In this document: piece after piece, positions 42,908 through 52,584 of the stretch
Layout of the letters: the number at the start of each line of letters is the position of its first letter
Numbering within the stretch: the stretch's first letter is position 1
From: Candidatus Eiseniibacteriota bacterium
Lineage (GTDB): Bacteria; Eisenbacteria; RBG-16-71-46
Reading direction: 5' to 3'
NCBI GenBank assembly: GCA_963725865.1
Contig: CAVSAC010000012.1
Location: forward strand, 256,001-320,000
Length of the DNA: 64,000 nucleotides
Notes under the pieces: generated by a model
The model's input: the letters and a program-made list of their open reading frames with translations, nothing else
Told to the model about the DNA's origin: nothing
The model's database searches: none
Program-made: the position numbers and the translations under genes

Positions 42908-44074
42908 ATGCCTTTGACCGAAGAGCAGCAGACCATTCGCGACCTGGCGCGCACGATCGCCGAGGAGAAGGTCAAGCCGATCCGGGCGAAGTACGACGAG
43001 GAGAACATCTTTCCCTGGGACATCGTCGAGGCGCTGGCGAAGGTCGATCTGTTCCGGGTGTTCATCCCCACCGCCTACGACGGTCTCGTCGACGAGGGCT
43101 ACGGCATCACCAACATGTGCCTGGTGACCGAGGAGCTCTCCAAGGCGTGCGCCGGTGTCGCGCTGGCGTTCGCGGGCACCGCGCTCGGCACGTTCCCCAT
43201 CCTGCTGCACGGCTCCGAGGAGCAGAAGAAGAAGTACCTGCCGGTGATCGCCTCGGGCAAGAAGCTCGCCGCGTTCGGCCTGACCGAGCCGATGGCCGGC
43301 TCCGACGCCAGCGCGCAGCGCACCACCGCGCGGCGCGAGGGCGACGAGTACGTGCTCAACGGCACCAAGGTGTTCATCACCAACGGCGGCGAGGCCGACA
43401 TCTACACCACCGTGGCGCTCACCAATCCCGAGAAGGGCGCGCGCGGCGCGTCGTGCTTCATCATCGAGAAGGGCACGCCCGGGTTCACGTTCGGCAAGAA
43501 GGAGACGAAGATGGGCATCCACGCGTCGGTGACGCGCGAGCTCATCTTCGACGGCGCGCGCGTGCCCAAGGAGAACCTGCTCGGCAAGGAGGGCATGGGC
43601 TTCGTGGTCGCGATGAAGACGTTCGACATCTCGCGGCCCGGGGTCGGCGCGCAGGCGCTCGGCATCGCCGAGGGCGCGCTCGAGGAGACGCTCAAGTACG
43701 CCCACACGCGCCACCAGTTCGGCCAGAGCATCATGAACTTCCAGGGCCTGCAGTGGATGCTCTCGGACATGGCGATGCAGATCGAGGCCGCCAAGGCGCT
43801 GATCTACTCGCTCGCCGAGCGCATCGACCGCGGCGACACCAAGGACATCGGCCACCTGAGCGCGATGTGCAAGGTGATGGCGAGCGACGTGGCGATGAAG
43901 GTCACGACCGACGCCGTGCAGATCTTCGGCGGCTACGGCTACATGACCGACTACCCGGTCGAGAAGATGATGCGCGACGCCAAGATCACGCAGATCTACG
44001 AGGGCACCAACCAGATCCAGCGCAACGTCATCGGCTCGTGGCTGGTGAAGGAGGCGGCGAGGCTGGCGGGGTAG
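42908..44074 (+). CDS. Acyl-CoA dehydrogenase (short/branched-chain type)
   Basis: AFGLTEPMAGSD, NGTKVFITNG, QIFGGYGY, KITQIYEGTNQIQR. Confidence 0.95.
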   Translation: MPLTEEQQTIRDLARTIAEEKVKPIRAKYDEENIFPWDIVEALAKVDLFRVFIPTAYDGLVDEGYGITNMCLVTEELSKACAGVALAFAGTALGTFPILLHGSEEQKKKYLPVIASGKKLAAFGLTEPMAGSDASAQRTTARREGDEYVLNGTKVFITNGGEADIYTTVALTNPEKGARGASCFIIEKGTPGFTFGKKETKMGIHASVTRELIFDGARVPKENLLGKEGMGFVVAMKTFDISRPGVGAQALGIAEGALEETLKYAHTRHQFGQSIMNFQGLQWMLSDMAMQIEAAKALIYSLAERIDRGDTKDIGHLSAMCKVMASDVAMKVTTDAVQIFGGYGYMTDYPVEKMMRDAKITQIYEGTNQIQRNVIGSWLVKEAARLAG

Positions 44075-44200
44075 CGGCGCGCCGGGCCTCCCACGCGGCC
44101 AGCGGCGCGTGAGGCAGCGGCGGACCGGTTGAGCGCGCGGGAGCGCGGACGTACGCTTGAGGCGGATCCAAAGCACCGGGATGTGAAGGAGGATGCCGCC

Positions 44201-44386
44201 ATGACCGTCCAGCTCACCGAATCCGAGCGCAGCGTGCTGTTGGAACTGCTCGAAGCCGCTCACCGCGAACGACTTCACGAACTCCATCGCACCGACGCGC
44301 TGGCCTACAAGGGGCTCCTGCGCGAGCAGATCGCAAAGCTCGAGCAGTTGACCGAGAAGCTCATCCCGGCGGGCCAGCCCGTCTGA
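44201..44386 (+). CDS. Small hypothetical helical protein (61 aa)
   Basis: RBS AGGAGG before ATG; amphipathic MTVQLTESERSVLLELLE...LLREQIAKLEQL. Confidence 0.65.
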   Translation: MTVQLTESERSVLLELLEAAHRERLHELHRTDALAYKGLLREQIAKLEQLTEKLIPAGQPV

Positions 44387-44545
44387 ACGGCTAGCCGAGC
44401 CCGGAGTCGAGCGCGGCACGCGAGCGGGCGAACGCGTCGGGGACGCCACGAAATCCTCCTCGCCGCGATCGCCTCCCGGTAGACTTCGTGCTGTCGTGCG
44501 GCATCGATGTCGCGCGGCCGTTCGACCTTTCGACCGGAGCACCGC

Positions 44546-46294
44546 ATGCCCAGACGCCTCTGCGCCCCAAGCGCGCTCGCGGCGATCGTCCTGGCGATCG
44601 TCGCGGCCTGGCCGCCCCGTCTCATCGCCGCGCCATCCGCTGGGCCCGGTGCGCCCGCCATCCACGGCGCGATCGCCCAGCCGATCGAGAGCGCCGCGCC
44701 GCTCCCCGCGCAGATCGTGCAGCGCGCGGCGGTGCGCGCACTGGCGGCGCCCGAGGGCGCGTGGAACGCCCAGCTCTATCCGTCATACACCTGGCCGCTC
44801 GAGCACGTGCTGCACGAGGGCGTGAACATCGTCAACTACGTCGACGAGGATCCGACCGCCGGCATCCTCGACTACCGCGGTGGCGCATACACGTACGACA
44901 CGCACCGCGGGACCGACATCGCCTTGAACGACTTCCGCGCGATGGATCGCGGCCAGCGCATCGTCGCCGCCGCGCCGGGCGTGGTGACGTACGCGGTGTG
45001 GGCGAACCTGCGCGACCGCAACTGCGCAGTGCCGGACGATCCGACGCTCAACTACATCGAGGTCGCCAACGGCGACGGCACCTACACCTACTACTACCAC
45101 CTGCGAGCGAACTCGATGACCGTCAACCTCGGCGAGTCCGTCCAGCGCGGCGAGGTGCTGGGGCTCGCGGGGAGCAGCGGCTACTCGTACGGCCCGCACC
45201 TGCACTTCGAGGCGGCCGACTGGCTGGGCGGCCCCTACGTGCGGCGCGACCCGTGGGGCGGTCCGTCGAATCCCAATCCCGGCCTATGGGCCGCGCAATC
45301 GCCGTACGTCGGCGACGAACCCATTCGCTTCGACGACGCGTATGTCACCACCGAGACCGCGATGGGCGGCAACATCAACAACGTCGACTACTGCACCTAC
45401 TTCGCCGAGCGCATGACGCAGCCCGCGGTGATCGGCATCCACGAGCCCTACCTGCCGGTGATCCTGCTGCTCCACGCGCGGGTCGGCGAGACCTACCGCG
45501 TCGAGCTGCGCAGGCCCGACGCGTCGCTGTGGGCGTGGGTGGACTACACCATGCCCGGCGACATGTCCGAGGGCAGCCACTGGTGGGCGTGGTACTGGAA
45601 CGGCTACGTGAACGCGGCCGACTACGGCACGTGGACCGCCGTGACGCTGCTCGGCGGCGTGCCGGTGCGCACGGTCCCGTTCGTGGTGGGCCCGGGCACG
45701 ATCTACTCGCCGCGCTTCGTGCCGCGCGACGGGCACTCGTTCCGCATCGACGGCGCAGTGCATCGCGACACGCTGCACGTGTCGCCGCTCGGCGGACCGG
45801 TCACCTACTCGCTGCGCGGCGCTCCGAGCACCGTGACGCTGGCGGACTCGATCCTCACGGTGGGTGCGACCTCGAGCCAGCCCACGCGCTCGGCGTACTT
45901 CCAGCTCATCGCCACCGATGCCGGCGCGCGCACCGACACCGCCTGGTACCACGTCGTGGATCCGGTCAAGCCGCAGGAGCCGATCGCGGCGGTCGAGGCC
46001 GCGGTGCCGACTGCACTCACGCTGGCGCCCGCGTACCCGATGCCCGCGCACGGTGCGGCGACGCTGCGGTTCGCGCTGCCGCGCGCGGGCCGCGTGACGC
46101 TCGCGATCCACGACCTGGCCGGCCGGCGCGTGCGCACGCTGATCGATGGCTCGTTCGTGCCCACCGGGGGGGGCCGGGCCGTGACGTGGGACGGCCGCGA
46201 CAATGCGGGCCAGCGCGCGCCGGCGGGTGTCTACTTCGCGCTGCTCGGCTTCGAGGGCGAGCGACTCAGCCAGCGGGTGGTGGTGTTGCCGTGA
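44546..46294 (+). CDS. Secreted M23-family metallopeptidase with FlgD/T9SS-A-like CTD
   Basis: Signal peptide, HRGTD (HxxxD), AAAPGVV, YYHL, GPHLHFE (HxH); CTD ...IHDLAGRRVRTL...WDGRD...AGVYF. Confidence 0.88.
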   Translation: MPRRLCAPSALAAIVLAIVAAWPPRLIAAPSAGPGAPAIHGAIAQPIESAAPLPAQIVQRAAVRALAAPEGAWNAQLYPSYTWPLEHVLHEGVNIVNYVDEDPTAGILDYRGGAYTYDTHRGTDIALNDFRAMDRGQRIVAAAPGVVTYAVWANLRDRNCAVPDDPTLNYIEVANGDGTYTYYYHLRANSMTVNLGESVQRGEVLGLAGSSGYSYGPHLHFEAADWLGGPYVRRDPWGGPSNPNPGLWAAQSPYVGDEPIRFDDAYVTTETAMGGNINNVDYCTYFAERMTQPAVIGIHEPYLPVILLLHARVGETYRVELRRPDASLWAWVDYTMPGDMSEGSHWWAWYWNGYVNAADYGTWTAVTLLGGVPVRTVPFVVGPGTIYSPRFVPRDGHSFRIDGAVHRDTLHVSPLGGPVTYSLRGAPSTVTLADSILTVGATSSQPTRSAYFQLIATDAGARTDTAWYHVVDPVKPQEPIAAVEAAVPTALTLAPAYPMPAHGAATLRFALPRAGRVTLAIHDLAGRRVRTLIDGSFVPTGGGRAVTWDGRDNAGQRAPAGVYFALLGFEGERLSQRVVVLP

Positions 46295-46331
46295 CGCCGG
46301 CCCCGGGCGGAGCCGGCGCTGCGGCGAGCGC

Positions 46332-46640
46332 TCATCGCACGCGCACGATGCGCGCGATCCGATCGACTCCCTCCGCCCGCAGGCGAGCGAGGTAGATGCC
46401 GGGTGCCACCGCGGCGGCCGGCATCCAGCGCGCGACGTGCTCGCCGGACGCCTGCGCGCCCTGCGCCAGCGTGGCCACGCGCGCTCCGCGCAGTTCGAAC
46501 ACCTCGAGCCGCACCTGCGCCGCACGCGGCAGCACGTAGCGCAGCTCGACCGCGTCGCGCGCGGGATTGGCGCTCGACACGCTCAGTCGCAGCGCGCCCG
46601 GCGCGCTGGTCGCTGGCACCGCGAGCCGCGCCACGATGCA
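46332..46640 (-). pseudogene. Orphan FlgD/T9SS-A-like CTD remnant; N-terminus missing
   Basis: SANPARDAVELRYVLP...EVFELRGARVATL...PGIYLARL...IVRVR, with no signal peptide or passenger domain. Composition changes near 46640. Confidence 0.7.
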
Positions 46641-46828
46641 GCTATCGGGGATCTGCACGTTGATCGCGCGAAGCCCGGACAATTGACCGAGAAGCTGTTG
46701 CCGGCGGGCCATGATATGTTGGGCGCGGACAGGAGCCCCTCCCGCGTCCCCAGGCGAAGCATCGCCAGCCAACTCACCACCGGTGGACGCGTCCTTCTTG
46801 GAGCGTCGCTTCCGCGAGGAGCGAATGC

Positions 46829-47362
46829 ATGTCCCTGCACATCGAGAAGATCAGGATTCCGGTCCGACTCGCCCAGCCGCACCTCGACCCTCGGGACGGC
46901 TGGTTTCTGCTGTTCCCGCGCATCGCTGGAGAACAACGCCCCGAGACCGTTCTCGAACTGCTCAATTCCTCGCGCAGCGTCATCCCATTCATCGAGGCCG
47001 ACGAGGGCAGCGTGCTGCTGCTGACGCGCACCAACATCGACTGGGTCGCGGTGGGTTCGGGCGCGCCCGAGCACCTGATCCTCCCACCGGGCGCCCCTGC
47101 GACTCATGAGCAGGCGGTGCAGCTGCGGTTCGTCGACGAGAGCCGGGTGGATGCCGTCATCGGGTGGCGGGCGGAAGGGGATCGCACGCGGCTCTCCGAC
47201 TTCCTCGATGCGAGCGGACCGTTCATAGCTGTGGGCGCCGGGTTCGGGACGCTGATCGTCAACAAGCAGCGCATTCGCGAGACCCGCATCACGATCGTGG
47301 CCCCATCGGAAGGCGACTCGCTCGCGAGCCCGGCCCGCCGAATCCAGGCAGGCCCTCGCTGA
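46829..47362 (+). CDS. Hypothetical protein with two internally similar halves (possibly DUF6812-like)
   Basis: RBS GAGGAG; ETVLELLN...IPF...LLLTRTNI echoes RLSDFLD...FI...LIVNKQRI. The family name is from memory. Confidence 0.65.
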   Translation: MSLHIEKIRIPVRLAQPHLDPRDGWFLLFPRIAGEQRPETVLELLNSSRSVIPFIEADEGSVLLLTRTNIDWVAVGSGAPEHLILPPGAPATHEQAVQLRFVDESRVDAVIGWRAEGDRTRLSDFLDASGPFIAVGAGFGTLIVNKQRIRETRITIVAPSEGDSLASPARRIQAGPR

Positions 47363-47478
47363 GTTCACTTGCGTCCGGTCGCGCGCTCGTCCTGGCCGCG
47401 CAGGCGTGGTTCAGGAGTCCACGACGATCGGAGCTGGGGAGGGGGAGTAGGTGTAGTCATGGCGCCGTAGCCAACGAC

Positions 47479-48036
47479 TCAGAGCCACAGGTCGAATCCG
47501 AGCCTGAGCCCGACGGTCGTCAGTCGCGGTCGCCCGAATGCATCCGACGACCGCAGATAGTCCGCCCGCACCTCCGCGCGAACCGCGCCGTGATCGCCGC
47601 GGATCCGATGACGAACGCCGAGCCCGCCTCCATAGCCCGGCGACGTCGAGGCATATGCCGCACTTCCCTCGTGGTAGAAGCCCGCACCGAAGGAAGCCGT
47701 CGGCGCGGTGGTCCTGTCCGCGCGAAAGGCGAATTCGTAGCTGAATTGGACCACGACCATGTTCAGGGTCGAGCCACCCTCGTCGAGATTCAGCATCCCG
47801 GTATCCACGAACAATGCATGAGTGTGGTGATCATCCGCGAGTCCGACCCGCAGTCCGGGCTGGTAGGTGATGACGCTGGATGGCCACGCGACGGAGGTGC
47901 TGCGCCCGCTGCCGCGGACGTCGCTCTGGATGGACGCCAACCCCAGGTGGGAGCCCAGCGTCAAGGCCGCGCTCCACGCGACGGTGGGCAGTAGCAGGGC
48001 GATGGCAGGCAGTACGCGAAACCAACGTCGAGTCAT
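47479..48036 (-). CDS. Small outer-membrane beta-barrel protein
   Basis: RBS GAGGAG, signal peptide, alternating beta-strand pattern, GGGLGVR...RAEVRADY, C-terminal GLRLGFDLWL. Confidence 0.75.
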   Translation of the reverse strand: MTRRWFRVLPAIALLLPTVAWSAALTLGSHLGLASIQSDVRGSGRSTSVAWPSSVITYQPGLRVGLADDHHTHALFVDTGMLNLDEGGSTLNMVVVQFSYEFAFRADRTTAPTASFGAGFYHEGSAAYASTSPGYGGGLGVRHRIRGDHGAVRAEVRADYLRSSDAFGRPRLTTVGLRLGFDLWL

Positions 48037-48191
48037 GTGCGGCTCCTCGATTCGAGTACGGAGTACAATCCTCCCGCAGTCTGACAGAAGGTTGGGTCGC
48101 GCTCCATACGACGATCGGATCGCTGGGTCCGGCTTCGTGGGGTCGCAGCCATGGTCGCTCGAGGAGGGGAGCATTGCGCCGCCGAACCCAA

Positions 48192-49022
48192 GTGAAGGTA
48201 TGCGTGCTGGCTCTGGCGCTGCTCACGGTCTCCTGCTCGCAGGCGCCCACTGGGCCGAACGACTCGACGTGGCACTTCCTATCGGGCCACGTCGAACCAC
48301 TGCTCTTCGCGCCGTTCCGCGACGGCCGCAAGTGCTGGGTGTACCTGCCTCCGGGCTATGCGACCACCGACCGGCGCTACCCGGTCCTGTACTTCAACGA
48401 CGGTGAGGTGGTGTTCGACGTCGACGAAGGAATGCACGTCAATCGGGTCTGCGAGGAACTGATCCGAGGCGGGCAGATGGAACCCATCATCGTCGTCGCC
48501 ATCGCGAATGGCCCCGGGAATCAGCGGAATATCGACTACACGCCCTGGCCATCGCCCATCCTGAAGCCGAACGGGGGCGGGGACGCCTACGTTCGCGCCA
48601 TCCGCGACACGCTCAAGCCGGAGATCGATCGCCGCTTTCGCACGCTCACTGACCCCGAGCACACCGCCATGGCCGGCATGTCGCTGGGTGGGCTGATCTC
48701 AGCGTACGCAGCCTACGCGTACGGAGAGACATTCGGCAGGATCGCAGCGTTCTCGCCCACCTATGGCTACTACGACACCGCAGGCGTCTCGATGCCGGAA
48801 TTCGCGCAACGCATGGGACGATCGCGTCACTTCATCCGCTTCTACCAGGACACCGGCTGGCCACACGACAACTCCGTTGGCGCCATGGAGAGCGTCGCGC
48901 TCAGCCAGAGATTCAGGTCCGGGATCGACTTCATGTCGGTGACCCAGGCCGGGGCCGAGCACACCAACGCCGCGTGGACGCATCGCTGCCCCGAGATGCT
49001 CAAATTCCTCTTCCCTCGCTAG
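48192..49022 (+). CDS. Putative lipoprotein esterase, alpha/beta hydrolase (IroE/Fes-like)
   Basis: Lipobox-like LTVSC, VYLPPGY...RYPVLYFNDG, LKPEIDRRFRT, GMSLGG, AEHTNAAW. Confidence 0.85.
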   Translation: MKVCVLALALLTVSCSQAPTGPNDSTWHFLSGHVEPLLFAPFRDGRKCWVYLPPGYATTDRRYPVLYFNDGEVVFDVDEGMHVNRVCEELIRGGQMEPIIVVAIANGPGNQRNIDYTPWPSPILKPNGGGDAYVRAIRDTLKPEIDRRFRTLTDPEHTAMAGMSLGGLISAYAAYAYGETFGRIAAFSPTYGYYDTAGVSMPEFAQRMGRSRHFIRFYQDTGWPHDNSVGAMESVALSQRFRSGIDFMSVTQAGAEHTNAAWTHRCPEMLKFLFPR

Positions 49023-49564
49023 CCCGCCGCCCCGTCCGAGAGTTGCCGCTTCACGCCCTCGATGTGGTGTCGATCGTGTGCCATGCAGAAGAACAGCATC
49101 TCGCGGCCCGTGAGCGGCCCGAGCACCGGATGCACGAGCGCGCGAGCGTCGCACTGCTCTTCGGTCCACGTGGCGACTGAATCGCGCAGGCGGCGATCGG
49201 CGGCGGCGAACGCCGCGACCAGCGCGGCCTGATCCTGCGATGGCTCGATCGTCGCCGTGAGCGGGTTGTTCGAGATGAACGACGCCGGCGCGGTAGCGAG
49301 CCCCGCGAGGTAGGTGGCGCGTATCTCGTCGAAGGTGCGCGAGCGCCCGGTCGGATGCGGTGGCAGGGTCGCGCCAGCGCGGAAGCCCGCCCCGATGCGC
49401 GCGTGCGCCAGCGTGAGGTGCCCGAGGTGATACGCCGGGCCCCAGTGCATGGCGTCGCCGCGGAAGAACGACGCGGACGGAATGGCGGCGAAGAACGCCG
49501 CGACCTCGTCGCCGCTCGCCCGGAGCGCCGCGAGGATCTCGGGAAGCGTGGACGGTGCACGCAT
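49019..49564 (-). CDS. DinB-family protein
   Basis: WGPAYHLGHL, HPVLGPLTGREMLFFCMAHDRHH. Confidence 0.85.
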   Translation of the reverse strand: MRAPSTLPEILAALRASGDEVAAFFAAIPSASFFRGDAMHWGPAYHLGHLTLAHARIGAGFRAGATLPPHPTGRSRTFDEIRATYLAGLATAPASFISNNPLTATIEPSQDQAALVAAFAAADRRLRDSVATWTEEQCDARALVHPVLGPLTGREMLFFCMAHDRHHIEGVKRQLSDGAAG

Positions 49565-49681
49565 GGGGCGGGAGGGTAGCATGAGGGACAGGTGTGGGGC
49601 GTCCGCTTCCTCAGAAGACCGGGGCGGGACCGAGGACGAGTAAGACCGAGCGAATATCAGACATCGCTAGAAGCGAATAAC

Positions 49682-49717
49682 AGACGGCCCGAGGAGTTAC
49701 ACATCCTTGGGCCGTTT
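49682..49717 (+). terminator. 14-bp hairpin at the edge of the low-GC segment
   Basis: AGACGGCCCGAGGA-GUUACACA-UCCUUGGGCCGUUU pairs fully on the plus strand with two G:U pairs. Confidence 0.5.
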
Positions 49718-49955
49718 GCGTCGTTGGGCAGGACTGGACGTGTGGAGACGCCAAAGGACCTTGAGCCCGTAGCCAGCAGTAGCCAACGCTTACGGCGATC
49801 TGGTCACTCGTCGAGTGGTCGAGCACGGGTCCAGTGGACCGGCTGGGTTGCCTGGGGCATGCTCCGAGCATGGTTAGAGGGAGTCGGCCGGATCGAAGGC
49901 ACTCCAAGTGATCGGCGGCTCGCTCCTGAGTGCACTTGTGGGTGCGGAGGTGACG

Positions 49956-50381
49956 ATGGCCGATGAGAGTCTCTACTTTGAGGGTCCAGACGCATTCGAT
50001 CGTCTGGAACACACGTTGCCACAGGGTCTACATGACGCGATGCTCTATCGATTCTCGGTCGACTTGGAGCAGAAGGAACTCGTCCTGCAGATGGCGGCGG
50101 ACGTGAGCCGGGGTGGTGAGGCGCGTCTGCAGTTGCGACCCTGCACCGTCAGGGTCAGCGGCCTGGCATTCTTCGGAGTTGAGTATGGCCTTCAAATCGA
50201 AGGGGGCATTGGGGCGGAATTCCAGGTGGATTCGGGCGTCGCCGATGCTCAACAACGGGCAAGAGTCCGACTTGAGCCCACGCCCCCTCGGTGCTTCGCA
50301 CACTACATCATGGCTCACTGGCTCAGCGGCGGAACCCTGGTCTTCGCGGGGCGCGGTGTGCGCCTGGAGTGGTCGGCATAA
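49956..50381 (+). CDS. Hypothetical protein (141 aa) with a GLHDA motif, immunity-protein-like
   Basis: RBS GGAGGTGA; lower GC; LPQGLHDAMLYRFSVD. Confidence 0.7.
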   Translation: MADESLYFEGPDAFDRLEHTLPQGLHDAMLYRFSVDLEQKELVLQMAADVSRGGEARLQLRPCTVRVSGLAFFGVEYGLQIEGGIGAEFQVDSGVADAQQRARVRLEPTPPRCFAHYIMAHWLSGGTLVFAGRGVRLEWSA

Positions 50382-50415
50382 GGGTTGAATCGGGCAGTCG
50401 GAGGGAAGTCTCACG

Positions 50416-51300
50416 ATGACACTCTCGAACGACGACAAGGCTTTCATCAGGGAACGAATCGCGATCACCTGGGCAAATCATTTCATAGTCACGTCTGCGC
50501 TCGTGAAGATTGGGCATAGACCTTGGAACGTCGGTCGGGAGATCGTCGCGAGGAATAACCTACCGCGCAACAGGCAGTTCTTTGACTTGCCTCGGATGCG
50601 CAATTCACGGGAGTTGAGGGCACGGGTGCAGGGCATGGTTGCGCTTCGCATCTGGCAGGAATATGTCGCGGCCATGGAGAACGCTGGTGCGTTCCTGCGT
50701 GCGATTGGGCTACGGAATGACGGTGGCGTGATGTGGCGCAACTTCAAGTACGAGGTGTCGGATGTACGCATGTTCTACCGGACGATAGCTCGGCGCCGGA
50801 GCATGGATGCTACGTCGGTCCTGGGGCTGCCGAGTGTTGCCGCACTTCGTGCGCAGGAGTGCCCTGCGAAGCTGTGGCAACGGGCAGAGCGAGTCTATCC
50901 CTGGGCCTCGCGGACGCTGCGCGCTGTTGCACGAACGTACGTGAGGACTGCGCTGGTACGTCCGGTAAAGCTCGTGTCGAGGGTGTCACGCACGGATCCG
51001 CGAAACCATGTCTATGTGTTCGTGGACGTGCCTGCGGCCGATGGCGAGGTGAGGAAAGCGCGTCGGGAGAGGAGGGGAGTGGTAGAGGTTGGCATGAACA
51101 AGCTAAAACACGGCTGCAATGCAACAACGGCACAGCCGCCGTGGGCGAATGCGCATGCGGGCCGCGGCATCTGGGCCATTCCAATCTCAACAAAGTGGGA
51201 GACGATCCGGCGGCTTGGTACGAGCAGCGACCTGATGGGGGCCCTGTGTCGGGAGCTGGGGCGTCTGGTTCTGGACTTGGACTCAGTCGGGGCAGTGTGA
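50416..51300 (+). CDS. Hypothetical basic protein (294 aa), atypical composition
   Basis: Long ORF in a lower-GC region with an upstream GGAGG; contains NKLKHG. Confidence 0.65.
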   Translation: MTLSNDDKAFIRERIAITWANHFIVTSALVKIGHRPWNVGREIVARNNLPRNRQFFDLPRMRNSRELRARVQGMVALRIWQEYVAAMENAGAFLRAIGLRNDGGVMWRNFKYEVSDVRMFYRTIARRRSMDATSVLGLPSVAALRAQECPAKLWQRAERVYPWASRTLRAVARTYVRTALVRPVKLVSRVSRTDPRNHVYVFVDVPAADGEVRKARRERRGVVEVGMNKLKHGCNATTAQPPWANAHAGRGIWAIPISTKWETIRRLGTSSDLMGALCRELGRLVLDLDSVGAV

Positions 51301-51711
51301 TCGGAGGCGTACGTGCTGCTTCGCTCGATTGCGCACATCTCGAGGGTGATATGCCTCCCCAGGCACCGTTGAAGTCGCTGGATCCTCTCCCGCATAGCCG
51401 CTGACTCAAGGGTCGAGCCACGCCCATCGGGTCGGACACGTCTCGGTGGAACTAGGTCCCGGTCGAGCCTCTGGAGACGAGCAGCTACGTCGGAGGCGGT
51501 AGGGCGTCTGAATTCCGGTGTCGTGCGAGGCGCAGCGGCGATGCGCCGCATGACCGGGGCGGGAGTCACTGAATTGCGCGCGATGCGCCGCCCCGCGCGC
51601 CCTCCACGTTGCTTGACGCGATAGCTCAGCCTGGACGGCATGCTCCCAATGACGAGCCCACGATATGGAAGGAGGGGCGAGGCGAGGACGCAGGCACTCT
51701 TGGAAGGATTC

Positions 51712-51937
51712 TCGCCCGCACCTATCTCGTGCCGCGCCCCGGCACCCGCCTCACCGCGTACTTCACGAGCGCCGGCAGCTCGCGCGCGATCGAGTACAGG
51801 TCGCGCGGCTCCCAGAATCGCGCGTGCACCCACGCGAGCCGCGTGATCCCCACGCGCGCGAACGCAAATCGCGTGCGCGGCACGTGGAAGCCCTGCGTCA
51901 CGATCATCGCGCTGTGCAGGTGGTGCGCGGCGAGGTA
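51712..51937 (-). repeat. Diverged tandem duplicate of the 3' end of the YdcF-like gene
   Basis: Matches ~51961-52186, mostly with synonymous differences; same TAG stop. Confidence 0.9.
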
Positions 51938-51970
51938 CATCCGCTTCCTCACCCGCCCTCCCGCCCGCAT

Positions 51971-52577
51971 CTATCTCGTGCCGCGCCGCGGCACCCGCCT
52001 CACCGCGTACTTCACCAGCGCCGGCAGCTCGCGCGCGATCGAGTACAGGTCGCGCGGCTCCCAGAATCGCGCGTGCACCCACGCGAGCCGCGTGATCCCG
52101 ACGCGCGCGAACGCAAATCGCGTGCGCGGGACGTGAAAGCCCTGCGTCACGATCATCGCGCTGCGCAGATGATGGGCGTCGAGATAGGCGCGCGCGTCGA
52201 GCGCGGTGTGCCAGGTATCCACGCCGCGCGGATCGGCCACGATCGCGCTGTCGGGCACACCCCGCGCCATCAGCCACGCCTTCATGCACGCGGCCTCGTC
52301 GTAGCCGTTGGGATCCATCCCGCCCGAGACCATGAGCCGCGGCACCAGGCCGGCGCGGTAGACCTCGAGCCCGCTCGCGCAGCGCGCGCGCAGGCGCGGC
52401 GAGCAACGTGCCGTCGGGCGCCACGCGGGTCGCGAGTATCACGCCGAGGTCGGCGGGCACGCGGCGATCGCGCACGCCGATCGCGACCAGGAGCGCACCG
52501 GCAACCGCCCCCGCGAGCGCCGCGGCGATCGCGAGCCGCACCGCCAGCCACCCCAGGGCGCGCAGCCGGCGCCACAT
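51971..52577 (-). CDS. YdcF/SanA (DUF218) family protein; +1 frameshift near 52403
   Basis: N-terminal TM segment, ADLGVILA, RLMVSGG, DEAACM, IVTQGFHVPR, SIARE. Confidence 0.82.
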
Positions 52578-52584
52578 GCCGCGC

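Noticed and set aside
49675..49729. Possible integron attC site (…TAAC…GTTGGGC)
   Set aside because: The left end does not fit RYYYAAC, the L boxes are out of register, G:U pairs point to an RNA hairpin, and no second site or integrase is seen.
51615..51690. tRNA-like start GCGATAGCTCAGCCTGG
   Set aside because: Resembles a D-arm, but no GTTCGA T-loop, anticodon stem or acceptor pairing follows. At most a relic.
51712..52186. DGR template/variable repeat pair
   Set aside because: Mismatches are not adenine-specific and are mostly synonymous; no reverse transcriptase is in the window.
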